DNA from: Piromyces finnis finn | Taxonomy: Eukaryota > Fungi > Neocallimastigomycota | Length of the DNA: 64,000 bases | Assembly (NCBI GenBank): GCA_002104945.1 | Contig: MCFH01000003.1 | Coordinates: 1-64,000, forward strand | Direction of reading: 5' to 3' | Shown: positions 25,301 through 35,867 of the stretch, one piece after another | Layout of the letters: each line of letters starts with the position of its first letter | Position numbering within the stretch: the first letter of the stretch is position 1 | The notes under the pieces: generated by a model | What the model was told of the DNA's origin: nothing | The model's database searches: none | The model's input: only the letters and a program-made list of their open reading frames with translations | Position numbers and translations under genes: made by a program

Positions 25301-26133
25301 TTTTGGATTTATTATATATTCATCCAAGAATAGCTACTACTGACCACCATGAAACTGTTGGACAGGTCGAGAGGTCAAATTCTTTTATTGAACAGTATCT
25401 TAGATGTTATTCCAAGTCTTTCTATCATGACGACTGGGTTGATTGGCTTCCACTTGCAGAATTCGCCTATAACAACGCTGTTAATGAATCAACCAAAGAA
25501 ACACCATTCTTCATTAATTATGGTTTCCACCCTCCGATGGATGAAATGACCCTATTACCACAATGTAATATTAATCATAAACTAGTTCAAAACGTTAATG
25601 ATGCATTCAACCACATAAAAGAAGTGTTACTACGCTCCAAAGAGTTGTATAAAAGAAGAGTGGATAAAAGTCGTTTAGAAGCTCCAAAATTTAAAATTGA
25701 TGATTTAGTTTGGATTCAAGCCCCACCTTCTCTAAATATTGAAAATAGTTCCAAATTAGCTCCTTGTAAATATGGTCCATATAAAATAACTCAAGTTTTG
25801 AGAAATAACAATTATGAAATCGATATCAAAAAATCACCTTTTCCCAAACACTATCCAATATTTCATGTATCTGAGTTGGAACCTTATAGATCAACTCCAA
25901 AAGAATTTTTAAATAGAACTGCGGATCCAGAATCAATAAAAGATATAGTGGAAATATCTGGATTCCGTACAAATTATAAACAACAACGATATGAATATAA
26001 AATTCGATACAAATACCGTTCCGCTTATAATTGGGTACCAGCAAGTGAAGTAGAAGACAATCCACGTAATCAATACATTTATCAAAAATATTTAAAAAGT
26101 GGACGACATTATGCTTCTATAGCATATAATTAA
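22336..26133 (+). pseudogene. D pol (PR-RT-RH-IN-chromodomain-like), ORFs 22336-23880 and 24049-26133
   Basis: LLDSGS, YLDD, ECDAS, HEQPSAGH..CETC and GPY motifs. A single in-frame TAA at 23878-23880 replaces the Lys of AKLxKCEF. Confidence 0.92.
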
Positions 26134-26535
26134 TTAAAATAATATTAATAAGTCAATAATTCTCTAAAAATAACTTTTACACCATTTACAAAATATTTTT
26201 ATAACAACTAAATTTCGAAATTTAACTCATCACAAAATTTTGAAATTTCAACATTTCAAAATTTTTACACCAAATATTTTTCAATTATCATATTAAAACT
26301 TTATTATTTTTTTATTTTTATTTTCATATTCAATATCTGCAGTATCAATTTTATTATTAAAATTTTATCTACAAGAAAATTTTTCAAAAAGTGAAATTTC
26401 AAAAATCTCACAATGGCCAAGTGACCTTTTGAAATTATTACTTCCTCTCGAAAAAATTTTTTTAAAATCAAAAATTTTTACTTTTCGCTCCAGTTCATAG
26501 AATTCGTCTGGAATACGAATTCCTAGGGAGGGCGT

Positions 26536-27671
26536 TGTGAAGATATTAACTGGATTTAAAACAAATTCAGATAATATCTATAATTAATTAAACATAATGA
26601 TTATAATTAAATAATTTCAATAATTATTTTAAAACACTTTTAAAAGTCACCTTTTAAATTTTGATTCAGTGAAAGGGTTATGATTTCAAAAATTTAATAT
26701 CAATACACTATAACCCTTAACCAAAAATAAGCAAGTACGAAATAAGGCGTAACTCGCCAAAAACGATCGCTACGGCTGTAAGTGCTACGGTGATGAAACT
26801 AGGTTTATTGGAAAGCTTAGGAAGAAAGCTACAATTTGGTACAATCGCGGTCCTTCTAACTGATCATTTAAGGAAGTTATGATCATTTAAAGATTTTATT
26901 AGGTAAATTAAAATCAATATGATATCAAGTATGGATCATAAATATTTCTTATGACTTGATGAAATTAAAAATATATCAATAGGAATTTTAGTTATATTAA
27001 TTTAATTAATGATAACGATTGTTACTAAAAATAGAACTAGACCCATTTAGGTGTAACAGTTAACACCTATAAATTAAATAATCTTAATTATTATAAAATA
27101 GGTTAACGGCAAGTTTTATTAGAAATAATTTTGAAAATAATAATTATTTAATTATAACAAATATGTTATGGTAATATCAATTAATAATGATGAATTATTA
27201 ATTGAATAGTTTTTATAATTACTAATTAGGATCAACTGTTTAAATGATTAATCATATGTTTATTTTATTTTATGTCATGACAAACAAACAAACAAACAAA
27301 CAAACAATCTTATTACTTATTTAATTATATTACTAATATATTACATGTAATACTTTATTCTTATTAATATCAATTTAATAATCTGAACAAAGAATATAAA
27401 AGAAAATGAATTGAATTCGATTTTAATTCTTTGTAAAGATTATAGTTATAATCTTAATTATATAGTTACTTATAATATCATTTATATTATTATTATTAAA
27501 TAAATAAAAAATTTATAAAAAGTTATTTTAAAGTAAATATAAATTTTTCATTTTTCATTTGGGAGTTTAAGGTGTTATTTTATAATTAAATTTAATTTCT
27601 TAAAAAACATTTTTACTATATAATTAATAACATTCTGACCTGGCCGCATAACCAAACCCAAAAACTTAACA
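26536..27671 (+). repeat. D 3' LTR (1136 bp)
   Basis: Matches 20124-21263. Confidence 0.95.
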
Positions 27672-28274
27672 AATGAAATAACCCTTATAATATATATGGA
27701 TTTAAATATTTTTATTTGAGAAATTTATATAACGATAGTAATAATAAGAATAGTAAATTAAATTAAATTAAAAACTTATAAATAATTTATTAAAGTAAAA
27801 TAAACTTTTTATAATTTAATATAAGGATGATAAAAATATAATTATATAAGGAAGAGAAAGACGCGTATATATATATAAAAAGGGAAGAGTTTTTAGTTTT
27901 AGTTAGTTTTTAGTTAGTTTATATTAATTATATTATAAATAAAATAAAGATAAAGTGATAATAATAGAAGAATAAATAATATTATTGTTAGATTTAGTGA
28001 AGGAATTAATAATAATATTAGTTTATTTTCTAAGATTATACCTATTTTTAAAAACAAATAATAATATAAAATAATAATAAATAATACTTATAAATAATAA
28101 AACTTGTAATAAAAATAATAAAACTTGTAATAAAAATAATAAAATAATAAATAAAATAATAAAATAATATATAATAAAAAATATTCATCTAGAATATAAA
28201 TTTGTTATTTATAACTGTTGTAGTGTCCCAAACAATAAAGAAAAAGGTACTTATAATAAAATTCTGTACCATTG

Positions 28275-28681
28275 TGATACGAAGAAAATATTATCTTAAT
28301 TCTATAAATGAATATAGAAAGTGATAATATTTGTATCTAAAAAAAAATAAAAATAAATAAGAAAATAAAAATAGAATAAATGATTTTTATACTTGTTCAT
28401 TTGCAAGTCTTTGTTAGTTTAAAATATAAAATTATTTTATTTAATTATAAAGTTTTAATATTTAATAACTCTTGTATTATTAAATATATATATGTTATGG
28501 TTTAATACATCTTGAATGTATGTAAATATAATCACAACTATTATTTTAATAAAATTTAATATTATTATCTAATTTTACTGGATTATTAGGAACAATTTTA
28601 AAATAAAATGATTCTATCACTATTTATACAAAATTATTATTTTAAAGTATAATTATAAACAAATATAAGCTATTTAATTTA

Positions 28682-28712
<31 letters not shown>

Positions 28713-28843
28713 TTTACATTTATAATTTTTAATTTAATAATTTTATACAAGTTAATTATTTTAATTTTTAACTATCTGTGTTTTAATATTATTATTATTA
28801 TTATTATTATAAATTCATAATTTATAAATTTAATTATTTATCA
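28275..28843 (-). repeat. H-family LTR (569 bp), 3' LTR of internally deleted element H
   Basis: TGATA...TATCA termini, copies at 48781-49459 and 59134-59701. On the minus strand it is preceded by PPT AAGGGCGAAGATAT and hairpin ATAACTTC-AAGGGAC-GAAGTTAT. Confidence 0.85.
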
Positions 28844-29471
28844 ATATCTTCGCCCTTAAGATATAACTTCGTCCCTTGAAGTTATGAAAAGAAAAATAAT
28901 AGATAAATAATTAAATTTTATAAATAATTAAAGATCTTCATTTTATTACTTCTTCTTCTTCTTAGGATTTTCTTCTTTTCTTTCTTTATATGCATGTTTA
29001 ATTTCTAATGTCCTCCATTAATTTATTTTTAATATATAATTTTCCGGATATTTTTTTTTTATAGTAGCTGCAGTGTCTTTTTCAAATAAATTTATTCTTC
29101 ATTTATATCCACATCAAATAAAGCTTACTTAAGGTTTATTATTATTTAAAGTTTATTTTCTGATACTTTTATTCCATTATCTACATATTATTTTGAAATT
29201 CATATAAGTTTTTAGAAGAGCGGAGCAGTGGGAATATAATGTTTTTCATTCAGGTGAAATATACATTATAATTTTATTATTTTATAATATATAATTGGTA
29301 TATTATAATTGATTATGGATTTATAATTGAATTATATTATAATGTTTTTGTATTATAATATTGATTTTATTTTAAATAACTTGAATATTTAAAATTTTGA
29401 TATTAATGTTGTTTATTTAATTATTGGAATTAAATATTTGTGAAATTTTTTTTAATATATATTAATAATAT
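28844..29471 (-). mobile_element. Degenerate 3' internal region of element H
   Basis: PPT plus decayed coding-like stretch (YPENYILKIN..WRTLEIKHAYKERKEE). Joined to 11713-11757 through the C TSD ATATT. Confidence 0.6.
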
Positions 29472-30599
29472 TGTAAAAGTTTTACTAAACTTATAATTTA
29501 ATATTAAAATATTAAATTAAATAAAAGGTTAAAAGATAACTAGGTTAGAAAAAAAAAATGTTTTATTAAAATAATCTTAATTGATTTATAAATGAATAAT
29601 TATATTATATATTATGGTTAAAATAATTTCTTTTATTTTATTTAATAATATATTGCTAAAATATAATAATAAGATTATTTAGTAGTAATACTCATTAAGT
29701 ATTAATTATTATTAATAGTTAATAATTTCTAGTTAATAATCTTTAGTTAATAATTTATAGTTAATAATTTAATAATTTATGGTTAATAATTTTTGGTTAA
29801 TAATCTTTACAAAGATTTTAATTTCATAACTATTCTAAACTATTTATACTATTTGTAATTTTACATTTAATAATAAAATAACTTTTCAATACATGATTAT
29901 ATTCATAATATATTTTATAATACTTAAACTAAACTTAAGACTTATTCCTAATTATTAAAAAATAACTATTGTTTATAATATTCATAATATTAATTATTTC
30001 TTAATTATAATATAATTCATTGAATATAATATTAATAATTATAATCCTCTAGTTCAAAGATTATAAATTATGTTATTGAAATAATTATTATAAAATAAAG
30101 TTAATTAGTTCCGGAAAATAATTTTAATTTAATTAAACAATAATTTTTATACTTTGAGTGAATGATTTATGTTTGATATATCAGGGGTGATCATTCTCTG
30201 AATAAACAATTAATCATTGCTAACAAAATATCTTTGAATTGGAATATCTCGTGAACCAGCAGAGATATTGACCTGATTTTAAGATATGTTGTTTGTCTCG
30301 AGCGTGGCTTTCTAACGAACGTAATTATAACCAAAACATTTTTATTCAAAAATCGTCATTCGTTGAGGAGATACGCGTGTTTTTTCTTATTCCATTTTAA
30401 CGATAAGGGTTAAAGTTATTTATTATAAAAATTATTAAGGGTTAAGGTCATATTTTAACCTTTTCTAAATTTTTAAATATTTCTTAATAAAATTTTATAA
30501 TTTATTTGAAAATAAAATATTTGTTGATTTTGAATTTTCATAAGTGATTTCACAATTCCAAGTGATCTTGAAATTGTAATTTCACTAGTATTCGTGACA
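29472..30599 (-). repeat. C-family solo LTR (1128 bp), inverted
   Basis: Near-identical to the C LTRs (3 SNPs seen near its 5' end). Flanks are AACCA/ATATT in element orientation. Confidence 0.95.
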
Positions 30600-30653
30600 T
30601 GGTTTCAATTGAAATATTTGTGGGCAAACTTATGGCCACAAATATTTCTTACA
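30600..30653 (-). repeat. G-family solo LTR, first 54 bp
   Basis: Reverse complement equals the start of the G LTR at 51094 (TGTAAGAAATATTTGTGGCC...GAAACCA). Confidence 0.88.
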
Positions 30654-31519
30654 TGTAAGAAATAATAATTATTTGATACATAATTAATATTTCTTAGTTA
30701 AAATCATTAATTATTAATCATTAATTAATGTTAATAATATTAGTCTATTTAAATAATTATTCTCATTTAAATTTATTTTAATTATTTATTTTCACTTAAT
30801 TTTAATATCTTAAATTACATTTAACCATTTAATTATATTATTCATTAATATTTTATTTAATATTTTTATTAATTATATTTATGCATTTAACTAATTAATT
30901 TAATTAATTACTTTTATTTAACTTTATATTTTTATTAATTATATTTATTCATTTAATTAATTAATTTAATTAATTACTTTTATTTAACTTTATATTTTTA
31001 TCAAATATATTTAATTATTTATTTAATTAATTACTTTAAAATAATTATTCATTGTTTAGGAATCGATATTTTAAGGTTTTTTCCAATTTCTAAAATAATT
31101 GGTTTTACTTAAAATATACGATGATCAATATGTATAGAATGTTGATCGAACTTTGTTTAGGTTTTTCTTCTAATCTTTTCCTAAACAAAAAATTATTTTG
31201 TTAAGATTAGATAAAATTTTAATTTAAACTTTAAATTTATTAAATAATATAAATAAAGACTCTTGATTCCCTTCTAAGAAATCAAGAGTTATTATTATAA
31301 GAAACAAATTATAATAATAAAAGCGTTTTTAATTTTATTTTACTTAACTTAGTTATAATAAAACATATTAACTTATTAAAGTGTAAAATTATTTTTACTC
31401 TTATAATAAACTCGAACTTAAAGATAAGTATTAATATTTATTTTCTTTTTATTCTCAATTTATCAATAAATTGTAGTTAATAATTCTATTATATAATAAT
31501 TTATAATGGAATTATTACA
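30654..31519 (+). repeat. E 5' LTR
   Basis: TGTAAGAA...ATTATTACA termini. Confidence 0.95.
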
Positions 31520-31790
31520 ATAATAACTCTTCTTCTCAGAGGAAATAATAAATAATAAATAATAAATAATAAATAATAAATAATAAATAATAAATAATAA
31601 ATAAGAAATAAGAAATAAGAAATAATAAATAATAATTATAATAATTATAATAATAAAGAATAAAATAATCAAGTGACATTTAAGAAATAGATAGAAATAA
31701 AATAAACTAATAATTACATATATAATAGTTAGTTAGCTTAAATATACTAATATATCTTTACTGTAAATATTTTGTAAAAAGATATAAATC

Positions 31791-34700
31791 ATGCAAAACA
31801 ATAATTTAGGCCAAGACGGCACATCTAATGAAGCTGAAGAAAACCATGATGTTTTCCATGATCAAAATGCTGCAAAACTCATTACTGCTATTACTGACTT
31901 CATTCCTGCATTCTTTTCCCCTAATGGCGTACTTCTCAAGGAAAGCGAGGCTAAGAATCCCTTAAATATTTTGGAAACTTTAATACAAAGTGAAGATTTT
32001 TTTAGGGAACATCCAGGGTCGTTTGCTAATGATGAAACTAAGAACTCATTTATTATTAACAAATTGACCGGGACTGCAAGAAGATGGGGTCTCTCTCTCT
32101 TAACCGATGGAACCCTTAAGAAACTTAACTTTGAGGAATTTAAGAATCTACTTTTGGAAAACTTTGATGCAGGCAGTGAAAGAAAACAGAAATATATGAT
32201 CATGGAGAAACTTTGGAAACTTAAACAGCTTGAATTAGGAAATGTTGCCGAATTTACCATTGAGTTCCGTAGGCTAGCTGGACGCCTGGGATGGCCGGAT
32301 GACGTACTGATCGACATAATTGGAAAGGGACTTCTGGATAAAGTTCGTGATGAGTTTGATAAACTTGAAAAGCCAAAGTCCTTGTTCGAAGCCACAAATA
32401 TAATAATTGGAATAGATAAAAAATGCCACTTGGAAAGCCGCTTAAGAGGTAAATCAAGGAACCACCGCTCAAGAAACAATAAATCCTTTCAGAAGAAGAG
32501 AAGAGAACTTACGAAGTTAGAAAACAAGGAAAAATATCTTCATAATAAGAAGAATAATTTTAAAAATGATATCCTTTCTGCTAATTATACTCCGAATAGT
32601 AAGACATCTATTACTACCACTTTTTACTTGGGTGTTAAAGGAAGAAATATTAAAATAAATCTTTTAATTGATTCTGGTTCAGCCAGAAGCTTCATTTGCA
32701 AAAATTTTGCAAATTCAAATAAATTATCTACTTCGGGTCTCTCTTCACCAATTAACATTCAGCTCCCGAATGGTAAAAGTATGGTTATTAAACTCACTAC
32801 AAAACCACTGAAACTAAAGTTCTTAGACCACACAGAAACCTTTGAGTTTTGTATTGCTAATTTATCACTTCAAGGAATCAATGGAATTCTTGGAAGAGAT
32901 TGGTTATCAATACATAATCCGTTCATTGACTTTAAAACTAACAAGATATTCTTCTTAGGAAAGTATTGTGGAACTCATTGCCCTTCTTCTAGAAAGCATA
33001 AAATTTCCGATCAAAGCCTTGACATCACAGCTTCGATGATAAACAAACACAAGTCTAACACTCATTTAGATTCAATAATCCCTGAAATGATGTCAGAAGA
33101 TGATCTCATAGACACCAACATTTGTGCTGCCATGTTAGAAGAAGATTTATCTGAAGATAACCAGGAAAAAGAAGAAATCATTAGGAAGTATTATTCTGAT
33201 CTCAGAATAGTATTTGGGAAAAAGGAATCGGAGAAGTTACCACCCCATCGGGAATATGATATCTCTATTGATACCATTCCTGGCGGTCAATTGTATTTCG
33301 GACCAATCTACTCTTTGACAGTTCCAGAAATGAAAGCATTAAAGGATTACATTCAAGACAATTTAAGGAAGAATTTTATTAGGAAATCAAAATCACCAGC
33401 AGGCGCTCCTGTCCTTTTTGTAAAGAAACATGATGGCTCTCTTAGACTCTGCGTCGACTATCGGCGTTTGAATGCTATTACAATTCGAAATAGTTACCCG
33501 ATACCCAGAATAAGCGACTTAGTTGAATCATTTAAAGGTGCTAAGATATTTACTCGTTTAGATCTTAGATCCGCTTACAATCTTGTACGGATCAAAGAAG
33601 GCCATGAATATCTTACTGCGTTCAGAACTCCATTAGGGCATTTTGAATATTTAGTTATGCCCTTTGGACTTCGAAATGCACCTTCTGTCTTCCAACGATT
33701 CATTCAAGATACACTTAGTGACACTATAGGCATTTTCGTTCAAGTATACCTTGACGATATCATAATTTATTCCAATTCTTTAAGTGAGCATATAGACCAT
33801 GTAAGAATAGTTCTTAAACTGCTCATCAACAATGGGTTATATGCTAAACTTGAAAAGTGTGATTTCCATGTCACGGAAACAACTTTTCTTGGCTTTACAG
33901 TTTCGATAAATGGATTGCTTATGGATAAAGACAAGGTTAAATCTGTTATTGAATGGCCAACCCCTAAAAATAAAAAAGAGCTACAAAGCTTTTTAGGCCT
34001 TTGCAATTTCTATAGGAAATTCATTAAAGATTTTGCAAAAAATATGGAACCTCTTCGAACATTATTAAAAAAGGACAATGATTTTATATGGAATGAAGAT
34101 ACAGAAATTGCATTTAATAAAATGAAAGAGTCTTTTAAAGTTGGGGAAATATTAATATTCCCTGATCCAGAGAAAGAATTTATCGTCGAAGCTGATGCAA
34201 GTGATTTCGCAGTCGGATGTGTTCTTTCTCAAATCAGTAGTTCAGATAATTGTCTTCATCCAGTTGCTTTTCACTCTAGGTCCCTCAATAAAGCCGAAGT
34301 TAATTATACAATTTATGACAAAGAACTTCTGGCAATCATTACTGCTTTTGATACCTGGAGGCATCACTTAGAAGGCTCCAAATATCCTGTACAAATTATT
34401 ACAGATCACAAAAATTTGTTATACTTCAAGAAACCCCAACACTTGAACCAAAGACAAATTCGTTGGAGTCTCTTCCTTTCCAAGTTTGACTTTAGGATCT
34501 CATATAGATCGGGTGCAAGTAGTGGTAAGCCCGATGCCTTATCAAGACGACCCGACTATAAAGATAGTATCAAAACAAAGCCTGATATTGTTATAAAAGA
34601 TAAGCTTTTTTGTTGTTCCATGAATGAAAATATTGACAAATTAATAAATGCTCAAAAAGCTGATAAATATTGTCAGGATATTTTTTCCAAAGTCAAGATC

Positions 34701-35855
34701 AATTCGAAGGATATTAAAAGTTCTTTATTCAGTATCGTCGATGGCGTTTTACACTTTCAAAAACGTATTATTGTGCCATCAACAATCAAGGCAAGGATTC
34801 TTAAATCCTTTCACGATTCACCCATTAGTGGCCACCAGGGGGTAGATAGGACTTTCGAAAAACTTAGAAGGTACTACTGGTGGCCTAATATGAAAAAGGA
34901 TATTACGAATTATGTCCTCTCGTGCGATGTCTGTAGTAGAAGTAAAATTCGCAGACATAAACCCTATGGTAAGTTAATACCGCTTCCTATCCCTACAAAA
35001 CCCTGGGAAGTTATAGGTGTCGATTTTATTGTTGCTCTGCCTCCTTCTCAAGACTGCACTTGCATAATGGTTGTCTCAGACCATTTAACCAAGATGGTCC
35101 ATTTAGTGCCTTGTACCGACGTTCCTTCTGCCGAACTCACTGCTAAGCTCCTTCTTTCTCAAGTCTTCAGGTATCATGGTTTCCCCAAAGTTATAATTTC
35201 GGATCATGGTTCACAATTCTCTTCCCAATTCTGGACCTCATTATGTTTGGCAATTCGTGCAAAACCACATTTAGCTACTGCGCACCACCAGCAATCTAAC
35301 GGTCAAGTTGAACGTGCGAACGCTGTAATTGAACAATATCTTAGATGTTATTGTTCCTCGGCTCAAAACGAATGGTGTTATTATATTCCACTCTGTGAAA
35401 TATCTTATAATAATTCGGTAAACAAGTCTATAGGTCAAACACCCTTTCATGCTAATTTTGGATTCCATCCTAATTGCATTCTAGACTCTCCTCCAACACT
35501 TTTAAAAGATAATGCTTCAGTTCTTACAAGAGACTGGGCATCACATTTTGAAACTCTCCGTCAACATTTGGTAAAAGCCAAAGAGGATTTTAAAAAATAT
35601 AGTGATAGCAGGAAATCAATTGGCCCCTCTTTCCAGGTTAACGATTTAGTGATGTTAAGAAGATATTATTTCACTAATGAACCAGCTAAGAAACTGTCAA
35701 CACAATACTTAGGTCCTTTTAAAGTCATAGAAAAGAGGGAAAGAATGAACTACCGTCTAGAATTACCGGAAACTTTACACCTACATCCGGTATTTCATAT
35801 TTCACAATTGGAACCATATACCAAAAGAAATGAAGACTTAATAGATTCCTCATAA
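31791..35855 (+). CDS. E Gag-Pol polyprotein (1354 aa, intact)
   Basis: LIDSGS, YLDD, EADAS, HDSPISGH..CDVC, DDE and GPF motifs. Ends ~12 aa after HPVFHISQLEPY, so there is no chromodomain. Confidence 0.96.
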   Translation: MQNNNLGQDGTSNEAEENHDVFHDQNAAKLITAITDFIPAFFSPNGVLLKESEAKNPLNILETLIQSEDFFREHPGSFANDETKNSFIINKLTGTARRWGLSLLTDGTLKKLNFEEFKNLLLENFDAGSERKQKYMIMEKLWKLKQLELGNVAEFTIEFRRLAGRLGWPDDVLIDIIGKGLLDKVRDEFDKLEKPKSLFEATNIIIGIDKKCHLESRLRGKSRNHRSRNNKSFQKKRRELTKLENKEKYLHNKKNNFKNDILSANYTPNSKTSITTTFYLGVKGRNIKINLLIDSGSARSFICKNFANSNKLSTSGLSSPINIQLPNGKSMVIKLTTKPLKLKFLDHTETFEFCIANLSLQGINGILGRDWLSIHNPFIDFKTNKIFFLGKYCGTHCPSSRKHKISDQSLDITASMINKHKSNTHLDSIIPEMMSEDDLIDTNICAAMLEEDLSEDNQEKEEIIRKYYSDLRIVFGKKESEKLPPHREYDISIDTIPGGQLYFGPIYSLTVPEMKALKDYIQDNLRKNFIRKSKSPAGAPVLFVKKHDGSLRLCVDYRRLNAITIRNSYPIPRISDLVESFKGAKIFTRLDLRSAYNLVRIKEGHEYLTAFRTPLGHFEYLVMPFGLRNAPSVFQRFIQDTLSDTIGIFVQVYLDDIIIYSNSLSEHIDHVRIVLKLLINNGLYAKLEKCDFHVTETTFLGFTVSINGLLMDKDKVKSVIEWPTPKNKKELQSFLGLCNFYRKFIKDFAKNMEPLRTLLKKDNDFIWNEDTEIAFNKMKESFKVGEILIFPDPEKEFIVEADASDFAVGCVLSQISSSDNCLHPVAFHSRSLNKAEVNYTIYDKELLAIITAFDTWRHHLEGSKYPVQIITDHKNLLYFKKPQHLNQRQIRWSLFLSKFDFRISYRSGASSGKPDALSRRPDYKDSIKTKPDIVIKDKLFCCSMNENIDKLINAQKADKYCQDIFSKVKINSKDIKSSLFSIVDGVLHFQKRIIVPSTIKARILKSFHDSPISGHQGVDRTFEKLRRYYWWPNMKKDITNYVLSCDVCSRSKIRRHKPYGKLIPLPIPTKPWEVIGVDFIVALPPSQDCTCIMVVSDHLTKMVHLVPCTDVPSAELTAKLLLSQVFRYHGFPKVIISDHGSQFSSQFWTSLCLAIRAKPHLATAHHQQSNGQVERANAVIEQYLRCYCSSAQNEWCYYIPLCEISYNNSVNKSIGQTPFHANFGFHPNCILDSPPTLLKDNASVLTRDWASHFETLRQHLVKAKEDFKKYSDSRKSIGPSFQVNDLVMLRRYYFTNEPAKKLSTQYLGPFKVIEKRERMNYRLELPETLHLHPVFHISQLEPYTKRNEDLIDSS

Positions 35856-35867
35856 TAAACGGAGCAA

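Larger units (their letters stand above)
20124..27671 (+). mobile_element. Ty3/gypsy chromovirus element D (nonsense codon in RT)
   Basis: LTRs 20124-21263 and 26536-27671 differ by one CAAA unit. TSD AATGA on both sides, PBS ATAATCTTTAC, PPT AGGGAGGGCG. Confidence 0.96.

Noticed and set aside
28262-28274. TGGTACAGAA (minus strand) as a PBS next to the 28275 H LTR
   Set aside because: The other side of this LTR has a clear PPT and pre-PPT hairpin, and I could not match the sequence to a tRNA 3' end with confidence.
31463-31672. Hydrophobic short ORFs in LTRs/UTRs (also 5804-6058, 18128-18616)
   Set aside because: They are products of AT-rich simple repeats such as (AATAAAT)n, giving low-complexity I/L/F/Y translations.
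31862-32479. 205-aa antisense ORF in E gag (similar one at 63728-64000) and other short ORFs overlapping pol genes
   Set aside because: These are shadow ORFs of the coding strand with no recognisable domains.
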